The notes: generated by a model from the letters alone, not told the origin. Shown: positions 28,577 to 38,575, counted from the stretch's first letter. The stretch is DNA of 64,000 nucleotides from Methanobacteriota archaeon (GCA_016845345.1 JAERSV010000029.1:24917-88916), one strand, 5' to 3'. Numbers and translations are program-made.

Positions 28577-29734
28577 TTAAACAGCAGGATAAACAGTGGG
28601 TTTCATCATATCATCTAGAATTGCTTGAAACTCAGAATTAATTGACATAATTTTATCTTTTGTGTGAGCGATTTGTTTAACAATAATTTGACGAGCATTT
28701 GAACTTGATTTGTTTAGTTGGCTTCGCTTATCATCCAAAAATCTCAATGCTTCCCTCATCGCTGAAATACATTCATTGCTTCTAGTTTCAAACATACTCA
28801 TGGTGCTTTCAGAATGTTGTTTTTCAGATTTACTGGCAATTTTTGAATAGGATGTTCTCATTTTTGCTGTTTCAATTGACGCTGTTGGTGTCCTTTTTAG
28901 ATTGGAATTAAATTTGACGAGAGACCAAGCCCTAATCCACCACTTAGAAGGGTCCCAGTGCCACCATCTAATCCCATTTCGATAATCTGCTTGGAATGCG
29001 TGGTGAAAGTTATGGTACCCCTCTCCGAAAGTGAAGAAGGCAAGCCATTGGGAATCTTTGCTACTATTGTTAATTGTATAGGATTGTTTACCCCAGACAT
29101 GAGCCGCGGAATTAATCAAAAAAGTGCCATGGTGGACAAACACTGTTCGGACCAGCCCTCCCCAAACAAAACCCCCGATTGCAGTAGGTATGCCACCAAT
29201 CGCATAACCAACTAGTGCGGGCGCTACCATACCTACCAAAAAGCCAATTGAAAAAATAAAACGATGTTGTAATCTAATAACCCAATCTTTTTGCAGGTCT
29301 CGAACATTGGAATAGTCTACCTTTCCATCATCTTCATCAATCAAAATCCAAAAGAAATGGCTCCACCAAAATCCTCTGGAAGCATTATACGGGTCACCTT
29401 CTTTATCGGTTTCTTTGTGGTGCCTACGATGATCGCTACACCATTCTAAAATTGAATTTTGAAAAGCACCCGCTCCAAATAGAGCATACAAAATTCTTAG
29501 TGGTAAAATGGCTTGATGGCTTCGGTGGGAAAATAACCTGTGGTAACCAACAGTAATGGATAAGCCGCATGCGAAGTACCAAACGAAAAAAATGCTTAGT
29601 TCAACCCATGTTATTCCATAAGTCACACCATGCCATATTGAGCCAATAAGTGCCAACACAGGTGTCAAAACGAGAAAAATTGTGTTAATCCAATTCAACT
29701 TTATTGGATCTTTGGTTTCAATTGTATTAGACAT
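28577..29734 (-). CDS. Delta-9 acyl-CoA fatty acid desaturase (DesA/Ole1-like)
   Basis: Three His boxes (GYHRLFSH, HRRHH, GEGYHNFHH), DYRNG...DPSKW, TM helices; no cytochrome b5 domain. Confidence 0.9.
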   Translation of the reverse strand: MSNTIETKDPIKLNWINTIFLVLTPVLALIGSIWHGVTYGITWVELSIFFVWYFACGLSITVGYHRLFSHRSHQAILPLRILYALFGAGAFQNSILEWCSDHRRHHKETDKEGDPYNASRGFWWSHFFWILIDEDDGKVDYSNVRDLQKDWVIRLQHRFIFSIGFLVGMVAPALVGYAIGGIPTAIGGFVWGGLVRTVFVHHGTFLINSAAHVWGKQSYTINNSSKDSQWLAFFTFGEGYHNFHHAFQADYRNGIRWWHWDPSKWWIRAWSLVKFNSNLKRTPTASIETAKMRTSYSKIASKSEKQHSESTMSMFETRSNECISAMREALRFLDDKRSQLNKSSSNARQIIVKQIAHTKDKIMSINSEFQAILDDMMKPTVYPAV

Positions 29735-29849
29735 TTCACCACTACATCCATACTTAGTGATTTACTTGCCATTGAATTTGCCCTATTAACTTCAAGGAAC
29801 TCATCACCTGAATTAAACGATTTAATCAACTGGAAAAGCCTAGTGAAAA

Positions 29850-30491
29850 TTAGCGTGCCGAGGCAGCAATTCTCTCTACTTCTTCCTTCTTGCCAATTGC
29901 ATAAGATGTTACATCTCCATTGGCAGCTTTGGATATCTCAGTTACGATTCCCTCAGTTAACGTTCGAGTACTCTTACGAGTTGCTTGAGTCGAACCTGTA
30001 GCCAGATGTCTGATAGCAACATCAATTCGGCGCATAGGCGCGCTATCAACCGCTTTTGGCTGACTAACAGCTCCGAATTTAATTCGTGTAATTTCTTCCA
30101 TTGGTGCTGAATTTGCTAATGCATCCACGAACACTTGTAGAGGGTTTGTATCATCTCTTTCTGCAATGCGGTCCAATGCTGTCTCAAATGCTTTGGTGGC
30201 TGTGGTTTTTTTACCGGTATATTTGCCGGTTCTCATCAATCCGTTGATAAATCTCTCAACGATTGATAACTTGCTTTTACCAAACCAAGCATTTGCATGT
30301 CTGCCTCCAGTGTGTGGCACACCGACAGTTTTGAGATTAACGTAAGGTGCAATTCCTGGGTCTTCACAAGATACAGTAGTTGCATCCCATTTGTTGAATA
30401 CAAGGGTACCAATTCCTGCTATTGGTGCCTCGTTGACTACCTTCTCCTCTGAAGGTTCTTCTTCAACTTGTTCTTCAACTTCTTCACTCAT
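29850..30491 (-). CDS. rps7: 30S ribosomal protein uS7
   Basis: PHTGGRH, SIVERFIN, NPLQV, AVDSAPMRRID, KKEEVERIAASAR. Confidence 0.96.
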   Translation of the reverse strand: MSEEVEEQVEEEPSEEKVVNEAPIAGIGTLVFNKWDATTVSCEDPGIAPYVNLKTVGVPHTGGRHANAWFGKSKLSIVERFINGLMRTGKYTGKKTTATKAFETALDRIAERDDTNPLQVFVDALANSAPMEEITRIKFGAVSQPKAVDSAPMRRIDVAIRHLATGSTQATRKSTRTLTEGIVTEISKAANGDVTSYAIGKKEEVERIAASAR

Positions 30492-30500
30492 TATATCACC

Positions 30501-30929
30501 TCAGCGAACTGGCTTCTCTTTTCGGCCTCTAACCATTTCATCAAGTGAAACACCATTGACCTTGATTACCTTGAATCTAACTCCGGGGATATCTCCGTAA
30601 GAACGTCCCATGCGGCCACCGATACCTTCGACCATAACTTCATCATGTTCATCGATGAAATTGATTGCACCGTCACCTGGTGCAAAGGCAGTCAACTTGT
30701 TTCCAGTTCGGATTAAACTAATTTTAACTGCCTTACGAATACCTGAATTAGGTTGCTTTGCTTCAATACCAACCTTCTCAATTACGATACCTTTGGCTTG
30801 TGCGGAACCACCTAATGGATCAGATTTTTGCTTGAGCTTGAGAACTCGCTTCTTGTAACCCCGGTCCTTCCAGCGAAATCGCTGTCTGTCCCGCTTCATT
30901 TTCGCACCTGCAAAGAGTCCTCTACCCAT
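30501..30929 (-). CDS. rps12: 30S ribosomal protein uS12
   Basis: [30 protein letters not shown]; start at ATG 30929. Confidence 0.97.
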   Translation of the reverse strand: MGRGLFAGAKMKRDRQRFRWKDRGYKKRVLKLKQKSDPLGGSAQAKGIVIEKVGIEAKQPNSGIRKAVKISLIRTGNKLTAFAPGDGAINFIDEHDEVMVEGIGGRMGRSYGDIPGVRFKVIKVNGVSLDEMVRGRKEKPVR

Positions 30930-30945
30930 GGTTACACCTTGAAGC

Positions 30946-30959
30946 AAGCCGCCGACCTA
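30946..30959 (-). promoter_or_regulatory. 14-bp element TAGGTCGGCGGCTT upstream of rps12
   Basis: Exact copy of 28486-28499, between a TATA-like CTCATATA and the AAGGTG SD. Confidence 0.55.
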
Positions 30960-31079
30960 CCCCGCGTATATGAGGCCATCGGCATTGAATCAGTAGACAG
31001 AGACGCAGGGTGCCGATTCTTGACTTGTTCAATTAGATGTCCCCCAACCTTCAAGCGATGTATCTAAGTCGCAGTCACA

Positions 31080-32345
31080 ATGGCATTCAGAGACCATCTT
31101 GAAGGGGCGGTCACGATTGACAATACAAACCCCATCAATGAGATGAGATTGCATATTGAATCACACCCAAGTGATGCAATAATGTTCACTAATGTAGAGG
31201 GCGCAAAAGGGCATTCAGCCGCCGCAAATGTATGTCTTAGAGATAATATGACGAGTCATTTTGGGATACCACCTGCCGAATTACTGAACACCCTAGAATG
31301 GGCTATGGATAACCGTTCAGAGCCAACTAAGTACGAAGGAGATGCACCAGTGATGCAAAATTCCATCACTCCTGTAGATTTAGGTAAACTGCCAATTCCA
31401 CACCACTATCCCCAAGATAGAGGGAGATACATGTCTGCTAGTATTATCATAGCCGAATATGATGGGGTTCGGAATGTGTCCTTCCACCGACAATTTGTCA
31501 GAGATGAAAATCATCTAGTCGCAAGACTAGTCCCTAGACACCTACGGACAATGGTAGACGAAGCGAGAGAGAAAGGAGATTCAGTGAATATTGCTATTGT
31601 TAACGGAGCAGACCCCTGCCTGTTATTAGCCGCGGCAATGTCATTCAACGAGCCAATTGATGAGTTAACTGTAGCCTCTTCTCTCTATCAGAAATTCTAT
31701 GGCGAACCCATGCAGGTGATTATTCTGGAAAATGGTGTGACTGTTCCAGCCGATGCAGAATACGCAATGTGTGCCACAATTACCAATGAAGATGATGATG
31801 AAGGGCCGTACATCGATATTACCGGCACAATTGATGATGTGCGTAAACAACCAGTGATACAAGTTCATTCTATTCACCATAGAGACAACCCAATTTTTCA
31901 TGCAATATTACCTGGATTAGCGGAACACCACGCTCTCATGGGTCTACCGCGCGCCCCAACAATTTTCTCCAGTGTTTCAAAAGTGTGTGATTGCCGGGAT
32001 GTTGTCATGACATCTGGTGGATCAGGTTGGCTTGCCGCAGTTGTTCAAATTGAACCGCAATCTAATGAAGATGCCAAGAATGCAATAATGGCTGCCTTCA
32101 GTGGCCACCCTTCCATGAAAGCCGTAACAATTGTTGAAACGGATATCAACCCGGCTGACCCAGTAAGGGTTGAATGGGCTTTGATGACTAGATGGCAACC
32201 TGACAAAGACACGGTTATTCTCAGTAATCAGCGAGGCAGTAGCCTAGACCCAACTAGAACTGATGATGGTTTGACTTCGAAAATCGGTTATGATGCAACC
32301 ATCCCATTTGGCAGTGACAAGAAGCCATATACATCCGTCCTCTAA
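31080..32345 (+). CDS. UbiD-family prFMN decarboxylase, probably anhydromevalonate phosphate decarboxylase
   Basis: NVSFHR, EGPYIDITGT.D.VRKQPV, LMGLP, AAFSGHPSMK, GSSLDP, KIGYDAT. Confidence 0.8.
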   Translation: MAFRDHLEGAVTIDNTNPINEMRLHIESHPSDAIMFTNVEGAKGHSAAANVCLRDNMTSHFGIPPAELLNTLEWAMDNRSEPTKYEGDAPVMQNSITPVDLGKLPIPHHYPQDRGRYMSASIIIAEYDGVRNVSFHRQFVRDENHLVARLVPRHLRTMVDEAREKGDSVNIAIVNGADPCLLLAAAMSFNEPIDELTVASSLYQKFYGEPMQVIILENGVTVPADAEYAMCATITNEDDDEGPYIDITGTIDDVRKQPVIQVHSIHHRDNPIFHAILPGLAEHHALMGLPRAPTIFSSVSKVCDCRDVVMTSGGSGWLAAVVQIEPQSNEDAKNAIMAAFSGHPSMKAVTIVETDINPADPVRVEWALMTRWQPDKDTVILSNQRGSSLDPTRTDDGLTSKIGYDATIPFGSDKKPYTSVL

Positions 32346-32395
32346 GTCACTCAATAATTGCGAAACTTCAATGGGGCCAACCGTTAGAGCAGGGC

Positions 32396-33388
32396 ATGGC
32401 GAATAGTAGTGGCTCCTCATTACAACATCCTCGTCGGAGTCTTGGAAATAGGCATCGTTCACAAGCCCAAAAGTTCCTTACTTTAGCGCAAAAAACCCCT
32501 GAACTCTCAACTCAGAACTTAAAATGGGCCGAACAAAGTGCACGTCAAGCAGTTCTACATGATTTTACTCACGAAGAAAATTGGCGTATTCTTGCTGAAA
32601 TCAAAACGATAGCAAAGGATGAAATCGGATTGAGAGCAGTTTTAGAGGATTTGTTTGCTGTATTGGGTCGAGACCCAGAACATCTGCAACAACTCGCAGA
32701 AGTCAATATGCTCGAACACGGGTTCTCGTTGTTGTCTGCTTCACTCACAGCAGACCCTTTGGACCCTGAATATTGGGAGCAATTGATTACAACAGATTTT
32801 CTAGTTGATTTAGAGACTAGATTCTTCCACCTAGATTTAAGCGACCCAAGAGCTAATGTGTTATTTGGAAGAAGATTGGAGAGAGTTAGAACAGTTGACG
32901 AAGAATTATTTATTCGCCTTGTCAGAAAATTACTAGCACAAAGACCGTTCAATCACGAAGCGTGGATAGAACTAGGTCACTTACATGAAAAAAGACATGA
33001 ATATGACGAAGCATGGTTCTGTTATGACCAAGCACAAACCCATTTCCCACAAATGACGCCAAGGGACAAATTCCGCACCCGAATGGAAAATCGTCTCGAT
33101 AAAGGTGATGACAAATGGGCTAAGCCAGATAGCGGACGCAGAGTTCAATTCTTGAAGAGAATGGAAGTCTTAGCCCTCAAAGTAGCACCCCCAACAGATA
33201 GTCAATCTGAGTTAAAAGCCGATGAAGAAGAAAAACTTGGTGACGATGAGGAAAATGTCAAGAATTTATTAGAAAATCAAGAATACTCGTCAGCCTTTTT
33301 CCTAGCCAGAAGATTAGTCACAAGTGGGGAAGAGTGGGCAATTCCATATCTAGAACAAGCCCAAAGCCATCTTACTGATTCAACATAG
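32396..33388 (+). CDS. TPR-containing hypothetical protein
   Basis: PFNHEAWIELGHLHEKRHEYDEAWFCYDQA is TPR-like. Confidence 0.7.
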   Translation: MANSSGSSLQHPRRSLGNRHRSQAQKFLTLAQKTPELSTQNLKWAEQSARQAVLHDFTHEENWRILAEIKTIAKDEIGLRAVLEDLFAVLGRDPEHLQQLAEVNMLEHGFSLLSASLTADPLDPEYWEQLITTDFLVDLETRFFHLDLSDPRANVLFGRRLERVRTVDEELFIRLVRKLLAQRPFNHEAWIELGHLHEKRHEYDEAWFCYDQAQTHFPQMTPRDKFRTRMENRLDKGDDKWAKPDSGRRVQFLKRMEVLALKVAPPTDSQSELKADEEEKLGDDEENVKNLLENQEYSSAFFLARRLVTSGEEWAIPYLEQAQSHLTDST

Positions 33389-34313
33389 CGAGAACTGTTG
33401 GGTCTTCTGCTTCACCAGATTCAACAATCTTCGAGTGAAATGCATCTAATTGAAGGGCTCTTTCTGCTTCTAATAATACTGCGATATCAGGCCTTGATTC
33501 CCCGTCAAAACCAAGGTTCCAGTTTTTAGTGCACCATTCTACGACTTCTTCCAAATCCTCAGGATGTCCCCGACAAGGAGCATTCTGCCCCAATTCCCTA
33601 GGTGAGGCCTCACTAACTACATCTGACATTCGAGATGCAGATTTATCGATATTTGTCAAACTCAAATCCATCCAAATTAAGGCTGATTGATGAGCAGATT
33701 CCATCATTTCATTCTTAGAACAAGCCTTGAAAGCAACCCAAGCATGGCGTTGACTAGAGACATAATCTCCTAACTCAAAAAGAAGGCATGAAATTTGTAG
33801 TCTACTAGTAGCAATTATTGGTTCTTCGTGGGGCCCTTCTCTATTGATGTCCGAAAGAATTGCTAAGGCCATTATTCCTTCATTCCTCGAAGTGTGCCAT
33901 TCTGCCAAGTTTAGGGTTGCAACACCATGGGCAATGCTACCTTCTTCTATGGCTTTGAGTCTCTCCATAGCCCAGCGCAAATCAACTCCGGCCTCTTCTT
34001 CTTCACCAGCAGTGAACCGTAATAATCCCCATTCCATGCGTGAACGCGCTTCAAGGGTGTGATTACGTTCAGTTGAGCGCCGACTTGCTTCTACGCTTTC
34101 TTTCAGATAATTTTGAGCATCGTCAAAATCATTATTCAATTGTGAGCGCCTGAACTTTATGAAAAATGATTCGGCATCAGATAAATAAGCATCCATTTTT
34201 GAACAAAATCCATCATCTCCAGCGATAACTCCTGCCTCAGCCAATCCTAATTTATCGTCGAATTCATTTATTGTTTCTTTCGATAATGGATCCACACAAT
34301 GCAACTCATACAA
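33372..34313 (-). CDS. Hypothetical alpha-helical (TPR-like) protein
   Basis: 313-aa ORF at the end of the exosome operon run; helical-repeat character. Confidence 0.6.
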   Translation of the reverse strand: MYELHCVDPLSKETINEFDDKLGLAEAGVIAGDDGFCSKMDAYLSDAESFFIKFRRSQLNNDFDDAQNYLKESVEASRRSTERNHTLEARSRMEWGLLRFTAGEEEEAGVDLRWAMERLKAIEEGSIAHGVATLNLAEWHTSRNEGIMALAILSDINREGPHEEPIIATSRLQISCLLFELGDYVSSQRHAWVAFKACSKNEMMESAHQSALIWMDLSLTNIDKSASRMSDVVSEASPRELGQNAPCRGHPEDLEEVVEWCTKNWNLGFDGESRPDIAVLLEAERALQLDAFHSKIVESGEAEDPTVLAMLNQ

Positions 34314-34332
34314 TTCAAAAGCAGTCGGAATA

Positions 34333-35319
34333 TCAACCCCTCCTTATACTAGAAAGTGCCGAGATAAAGCCAGAGCGCGCTGTGATAGTTGGCACATCAC
34401 CAGACCATCCTGCCGCACCAGGATGACCACCCCCTTCACCTCCAAGGGTTTTGCATAATTCTGACATGATATCTCCCAGGTGAATCCCATCGTTTACAGC
34501 AGACCTTCTTGCCCGGCCAATCAATCTTGTTTCATTTTCCGCTCTTCTCACGACTAAGGCAACGTCTGCACCTGCAGATAACAGAGAATTTGCTACAACC
34601 CCCTCATTAGTGCTACCTGATGTGTGGAGTAGGAACCATTCACCAGCGTCAATCGATTCCAACCTTGAAAGGGCCTTGGCTATTGCCATTTTTTGAGAAT
34701 GATTCAACTCATCTTTTTCTATAGACTCTATGAATGCAGGGTAATCAATAGAATATTTTTCAATCAATTCCCCAGCAGCAATGAATGAACCACCATCGGC
34801 ATGTTTGAATCGCCCAGTGTCAGTAATAATTCCTGCCAACAATAATCTGGCTGAATCGTGCCCCATCACCAAATCAAATTCTTTGGCATATCTATGAATC
34901 ATCTCAGTGGTTGCACTCACATCCCAACAGATGACTAATTCAGCCTCGTCCCAATCACTCCCCCCTTGATGGTGGTCAATCACACATATCGGTATTCCCG
35001 ACGGAAATTGTAATCCTGTTTGTGAATATGAAGCGCAATCAACCACAATTATTCCTGATAATGTTCGAGGCCACATCGGTTTTTTGGAATCCATCAATTG
35101 GAATGACCCACCAACATCCGCGAGTACTTTCTTTGCAACCTTTGAAACATGGATTCCACAGGCTTTAGCACCTGGCCCTATCAATGATGCTAAACAAACG
35201 GCTGAGCCAATAGTGTCCATATCACCATTTTTGTGTGAAACAACGGCAATTGCTCCATCTTTTATTTTCTCATTGACCCACTGGTGTAACTGGGTGAGGT
35301 CATTATTTGACTCTGTCAC
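34333..35319 (-). CDS. DHH/DHHA1 phosphoesterase (NrnA-like)
   Basis: HKNGDMD, VVD, IDHH, GIITDTGRF, GGGHPGAAG. Confidence 0.88.
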   Translation of the reverse strand: MTESNNDLTQLHQWVNEKIKDGAIAVVSHKNGDMDTIGSAVCLASLIGPGAKACGIHVSKVAKKVLADVGGSFQLMDSKKPMWPRTLSGIIVVDCASYSQTGLQFPSGIPICVIDHHQGGSDWDEAELVICWDVSATTEMIHRYAKEFDLVMGHDSARLLLAGIITDTGRFKHADGGSFIAAGELIEKYSIDYPAFIESIEKDELNHSQKMAIAKALSRLESIDAGEWFLLHTSGSTNEGVVANSLLSAGADVALVVRRAENETRLIGRARRSAVNDGIHLGDIMSELCKTLGGEGGGHPGAAGWSGDVPTITARSGFISALSSIRRG

Positions 35320-35639
35320 TATGAACCCTCAAACTGTTTTACCATCTGATCGTATTGGGTTCGTAGGGTTTCTTCTTGAGTAACTAATCTTTGTTCATGC
35401 TCTTTCAGAGTTGCAATAGTTTTCTCAATGTCCTCAGACAATTTTTCCCTATCACTCACCTCTAACAGAAGTGGACCTGACTGGCGGTACACTGCGCGGT
35501 CTTCTTCTTGGGTAGAAAGATGCTCAAGTGTTGCTTCCAATTCTTTGATTTGACCCCCAACAGAGGCAACTTGCTGTGCTGAACTCTGTAATTCTGCGAC
35601 AACCATTTGCAATCTTTGCCTAATATCTTCGGTGACCAT
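35319..35639 (-). CDS. pfdB: Prefoldin beta subunit
   Basis: Coiled coil, VYRQSGPLLLE hairpin, coiled coil; canonical operon position. Confidence 0.85.
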   Translation of the reverse strand: MVTEDIRQRLQMVVAELQSSAQQVASVGGQIKELEATLEHLSTQEEDRAVYRQSGPLLLEVSDREKLSEDIEKTIATLKEHEQRLVTQEETLRTQYDQMVKQFEGS

Positions 35640-35654
35640 CTTAATCCCTCATCT

Positions 35655-35903
35655 TCATCGGCTGCGGTTGACCTCAATAAGGGACTCGGACGCGGCTTGA
35701 ATTGACCTTAGTGCCGTATTGAGTCTTGCCCTTAGGTCTGAGATGTTGTCAGCGGATACTTGCACCTCTAAAGAAGATGAATGCGTTTCTATGTCAACAT
35801 CTTCAGTTGCCAAGGCAGCAGCCAAGGCATTTACATCAAAGGTTTGACTTAAAGTGAGAGTAGCACTACAAACATCACTCTTCTTCGCTACCATCATCAC
35901 CAT
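35655..35903 (-). CDS. pcc1: KEOPS complex subunit Pcc1
   Basis: SADNISDLRARLNTALRSI; located between rpl37ae and pfdB. Confidence 0.75.
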   Translation of the reverse strand: MVMMVAKKSDVCSATLTLSQTFDVNALAAALATEDVDIETHSSSLEVQVSADNISDLRARLNTALRSIQAASESLIEVNRSR

Positions 35904-36282
35904 CTCCCTCGGTGGTAATCTCTGCTAGTGGGGTATCTTCAACGGCTTCATTTAGAGTACGTTCGTATTCTATTGCAGCATTCTGTGCTATCAGTGCCAT
36001 ATCAGTAGCAGTTGCTCCTTCAACAGATCTGCGGACAATCCTATTATTTGCATCAGATGCTCGAGTAAAGGGTTGCCAGACTCCACCAGCAAATGTGTGG
36101 CCACACTTGCGGCAAGCCCAAATCCCAGCGGATTCACGCCTAACTTTCTGATATTGACAGACTGGGCAAGAATATTCTCTCTTCACCTTTCGTAGAGCGT
36201 ATGAGGCTCTGCGTCGGACACTTACACCGTATCTAGCCCCGAATCTTGCTTCGAGTCCTGCTTTCTTAGTTCGCTTTGCCAT
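35875..36282 (-). CDS. rpl37ae: 50S ribosomal protein eL43 (L37Ae) with acidic C-terminal extension
   Basis: RTKKAG...RFGARYG, CPVC...GIWACRKC...AGG. Confidence 0.93.
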   Translation of the reverse strand: MAKRTKKAGLEARFGARYGVSVRRRASYALRKVKREYSCPVCQYQKVRRESAGIWACRKCGHTFAGGVWQPFTRASDANNRIVRRSVEGATATDMALIAQNAAIEYERTLNEAVEDTPLAEITTEGDGDDGSEEE

Positions 36283-36291
36283 TTAATCACC

Positions 36292-37071
36292 TCACAATGA
36301 ATCTACTATTTTTCTCAACTCGGCACATCGTTGCTTAGCCGCATCCATGATTTCTACAAATTCGCTCGCCGAGAACACTCCCTTTAATCCCTTCTGCAAA
36401 GAGTGGACATGGTCATCTTCTCCGAGTGTGATGTGAATTCTCTCGTCACCACCAACTTCTTCTTCTCTATTTGAATCATAAACAAACCTGCCACCTACTT
36501 TTTGGTAAGAACACATTATTGGTGTTTTGTTAACAGGTAATTTCCTGTCTTCACCTACATCAAATCGCTCACCCGGGAGTGTAGCGTTATGAAGGGCCGC
36601 AATCGCCGCTAATCCAAACGCGTCGAATAAATTACCATCATCACTAATCGCAAAACAGTCAATAATTACCTGCCAAACCTTTTCACCAGGAATTATACAC
36701 AAATCTTTGGTGTTGATACAGCCAGATTCACGAATCCCTCTGTCAACTACTCTACCAATCTCAATACTTTCCGGGCTTGGTGGCCCGGGTTCGATATGTC
36801 GACCTGCCAATGGCCTCAATTCAGCACTTGTCATTAGGCCACCTTCATCAGGTCTGTCAGGGTAAGGAGTTTGTAGTTGGAATTTGATTCCACAAAATAC
36901 GATGGTATCTCCCATCTGCACTTTTGCACTACCTTCTGCTCGGTCAAGAACTCCGACCTCCACAGAAAGTTCGCGACCTTCCCATTGACCCCGGCCATCT
37001 GCTCTTTGGTCTCTTGTTGCGAGTTCAGTGAGGTGAGCGCGGAGTAATTCAGGAACTAGGGGTTGAGCCAT
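36292..37071 (-). CDS. rrp42: Exosome complex component Rrp42
   Basis: RADGR, AEGSA, PYPDRPDEG, RVVDRGIRES, DDGNLFDA. Confidence 0.93.
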   Translation of the reverse strand: MAQPLVPELLRAHLTELATRDQRADGRGQWEGRELSVEVGVLDRAEGSAKVQMGDTIVFCGIKFQLQTPYPDRPDEGGLMTSAELRPLAGRHIEPGPPSPESIEIGRVVDRGIRESGCINTKDLCIIPGEKVWQVIIDCFAISDDGNLFDAFGLAAIAALHNATLPGERFDVGEDRKLPVNKTPIMCSYQKVGGRFVYDSNREEEVGGDERIHITLGEDDHVHSLQKGLKGVFSASEFVEIMDAAKQRCAELRKIVDSL

Positions 37072-37799
37072 TATTGAGCACCCCCGTATTTGTTCGCAAT
37101 TGCTTCCTTCATCAATTCATGAATTTTTAATGCGGCTTCCATATTGTAATCCCAAGCCTCTTGGAATTCAGAAGGTGATAGGTCACCATCCATTTGTAGG
37201 AACACAAGTTCACCTGTATTTGGAAGAACACCCATTGGTAAATCTGCTGCACCGTAGTTATCCTCTTCTTTATTCAGGTCACAGACTACAACTCCGTTGA
37301 TTTTGCCACTTGCAACACTAACAACCATGTCAGTCATTGGTATGCCAGCATCTGCTAAAGCAAGTGATGCCGCGGTTAATCCAACACAACGTGTTCCTGC
37401 TTCAGCACAAATGATTTCAATTTCAACTCGTATTTTGCTTCGTGGATATAATTCCAATAAAACAACTGATTCCAAAGCGTCTGCAGTTACTTTACTAATT
37501 TCACGACTGCGTCTGTTGAATCCAGGACGGAATCTGTCAGTAGTTGAGAAAGGCGCCATGTTGTAACGGACATCAAGAACTGCTCGTTCTTGTCGTTGAA
37601 TCTTTCTTGGATGAGCCTCCATTGGACCATATACTGAGGCAATCACATAATTTGTACCCCAGCGCATACTTGCTGATCCATCAGCCACTGGAACTACACC
37701 CATTTCAATTTCAATGGGACGTATATCCCCTGCTTTCCGGCCATCTATACGATTGCCATTCTCATCTATCATTTGGACGTCGCCATATCCCATATTCAT
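37071..37799 (-). CDS. rrp41: Exosome complex exonuclease Rrp41
   Basis: RIDGR, VYGP.E.HPR, YNMAPFST, RRSREIS, AGTR, DLNKEED. Confidence 0.95.
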   Translation of the reverse strand: MNMGYGDVQMIDENGNRIDGRKAGDIRPIEIEMGVVPVADGSASMRWGTNYVIASVYGPMEAHPRKIQRQERAVLDVRYNMAPFSTTDRFRPGFNRRSREISKVTADALESVVLLELYPRSKIRVEIEIICAEAGTRCVGLTAASLALADAGIPMTDMVVSVASGKINGVVVCDLNKEEDNYGAADLPMGVLPNTGELVFLQMDGDLSPSEFQEAWDYNMEAALKIHELMKEAIANKYGGAQ

Positions 37800-38503
37800 C
37801 ACTCTCCATTTCCGTTTGCTAGTTGGCCTGCAATAGCATCAGCCAATTCTGTTGAATGTTCATTGTCTCGTACGAATGCCAATGCATCACGTACCATTCT
37901 AATCCCATCTGGTTCTCCATCAACCCAAATTCTACCGTTTGCACCTAAGATTATTCTACAATTACTTGCATCCTTTAGTTGGTTGATGATTGTATTAGAA
38001 CCACTAGAAATAGTACTCACAAGGTGAGGTGGAATTGTATCGACGAACCCTGAGTTAACCTTTCTTAATCCCATTCCTTTCATCGTTACTACTGAAGAAT
38101 GGGCTTCGTCAACTTCTTGAACACGGCATAAAATCGTAGTCCCAACATCCATAGCATCCCTGGTCCCACCGTATTCTACTTTCATTGGTGCTAGACTCAT
38201 TGGGAGAATAGCATTGAATGGAGCATTCAAGTCAATAAACCAAATATTAGACCTCATGCCTTCTATGTATCCGATTACTAAATCCCCAGGTCTAGGAAAG
38301 TAAGCAGTATGAACAGGAATAATTGAGATTTCACCCGATTTTTCAACCAAGTAACCAAGTTTGGTTGCTATCAATTCACCGTTCAATTTTATGACTCCAT
38401 GACCAAGTTGGTCACTGGTATCTGAACTAATTTTATCGCCGGGTATCACCAGGCTGCCGGATGCAGCCGAAGTGCGCCCATCCGAGGCGCCACTACTACT
38501 CAT
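37799..38503 (-). CDS. rrp4: Exosome RNA-binding protein Rrp4
   Basis: LVIPGD, YFPRPGDLVIG (S1 domain), GANGRIWV (KH domain). Confidence 0.9.
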   Translation of the reverse strand: MSSSGASDGRTSAASGSLVIPGDKISSDTSDQLGHGVIKLNGELIATKLGYLVEKSGEISIIPVHTAYFPRPGDLVIGYIEGMRSNIWFIDLNAPFNAILPMSLAPMKVEYGGTRDAMDVGTTILCRVQEVDEAHSSVVTMKGMGLRKVNSGFVDTIPPHLVSTISSGSNTIINQLKDASNCRIILGANGRIWVDGEPDGIRMVRDALAFVRDNEHSTELADAIAGQLANGNGE

Positions 38504-38575
38504 ATTTCTTCTCCGAGCCGGCCGACCCGCCCATCATCTATAACCGTTGCATATTAAATGGCTAAACGAGTTGGT

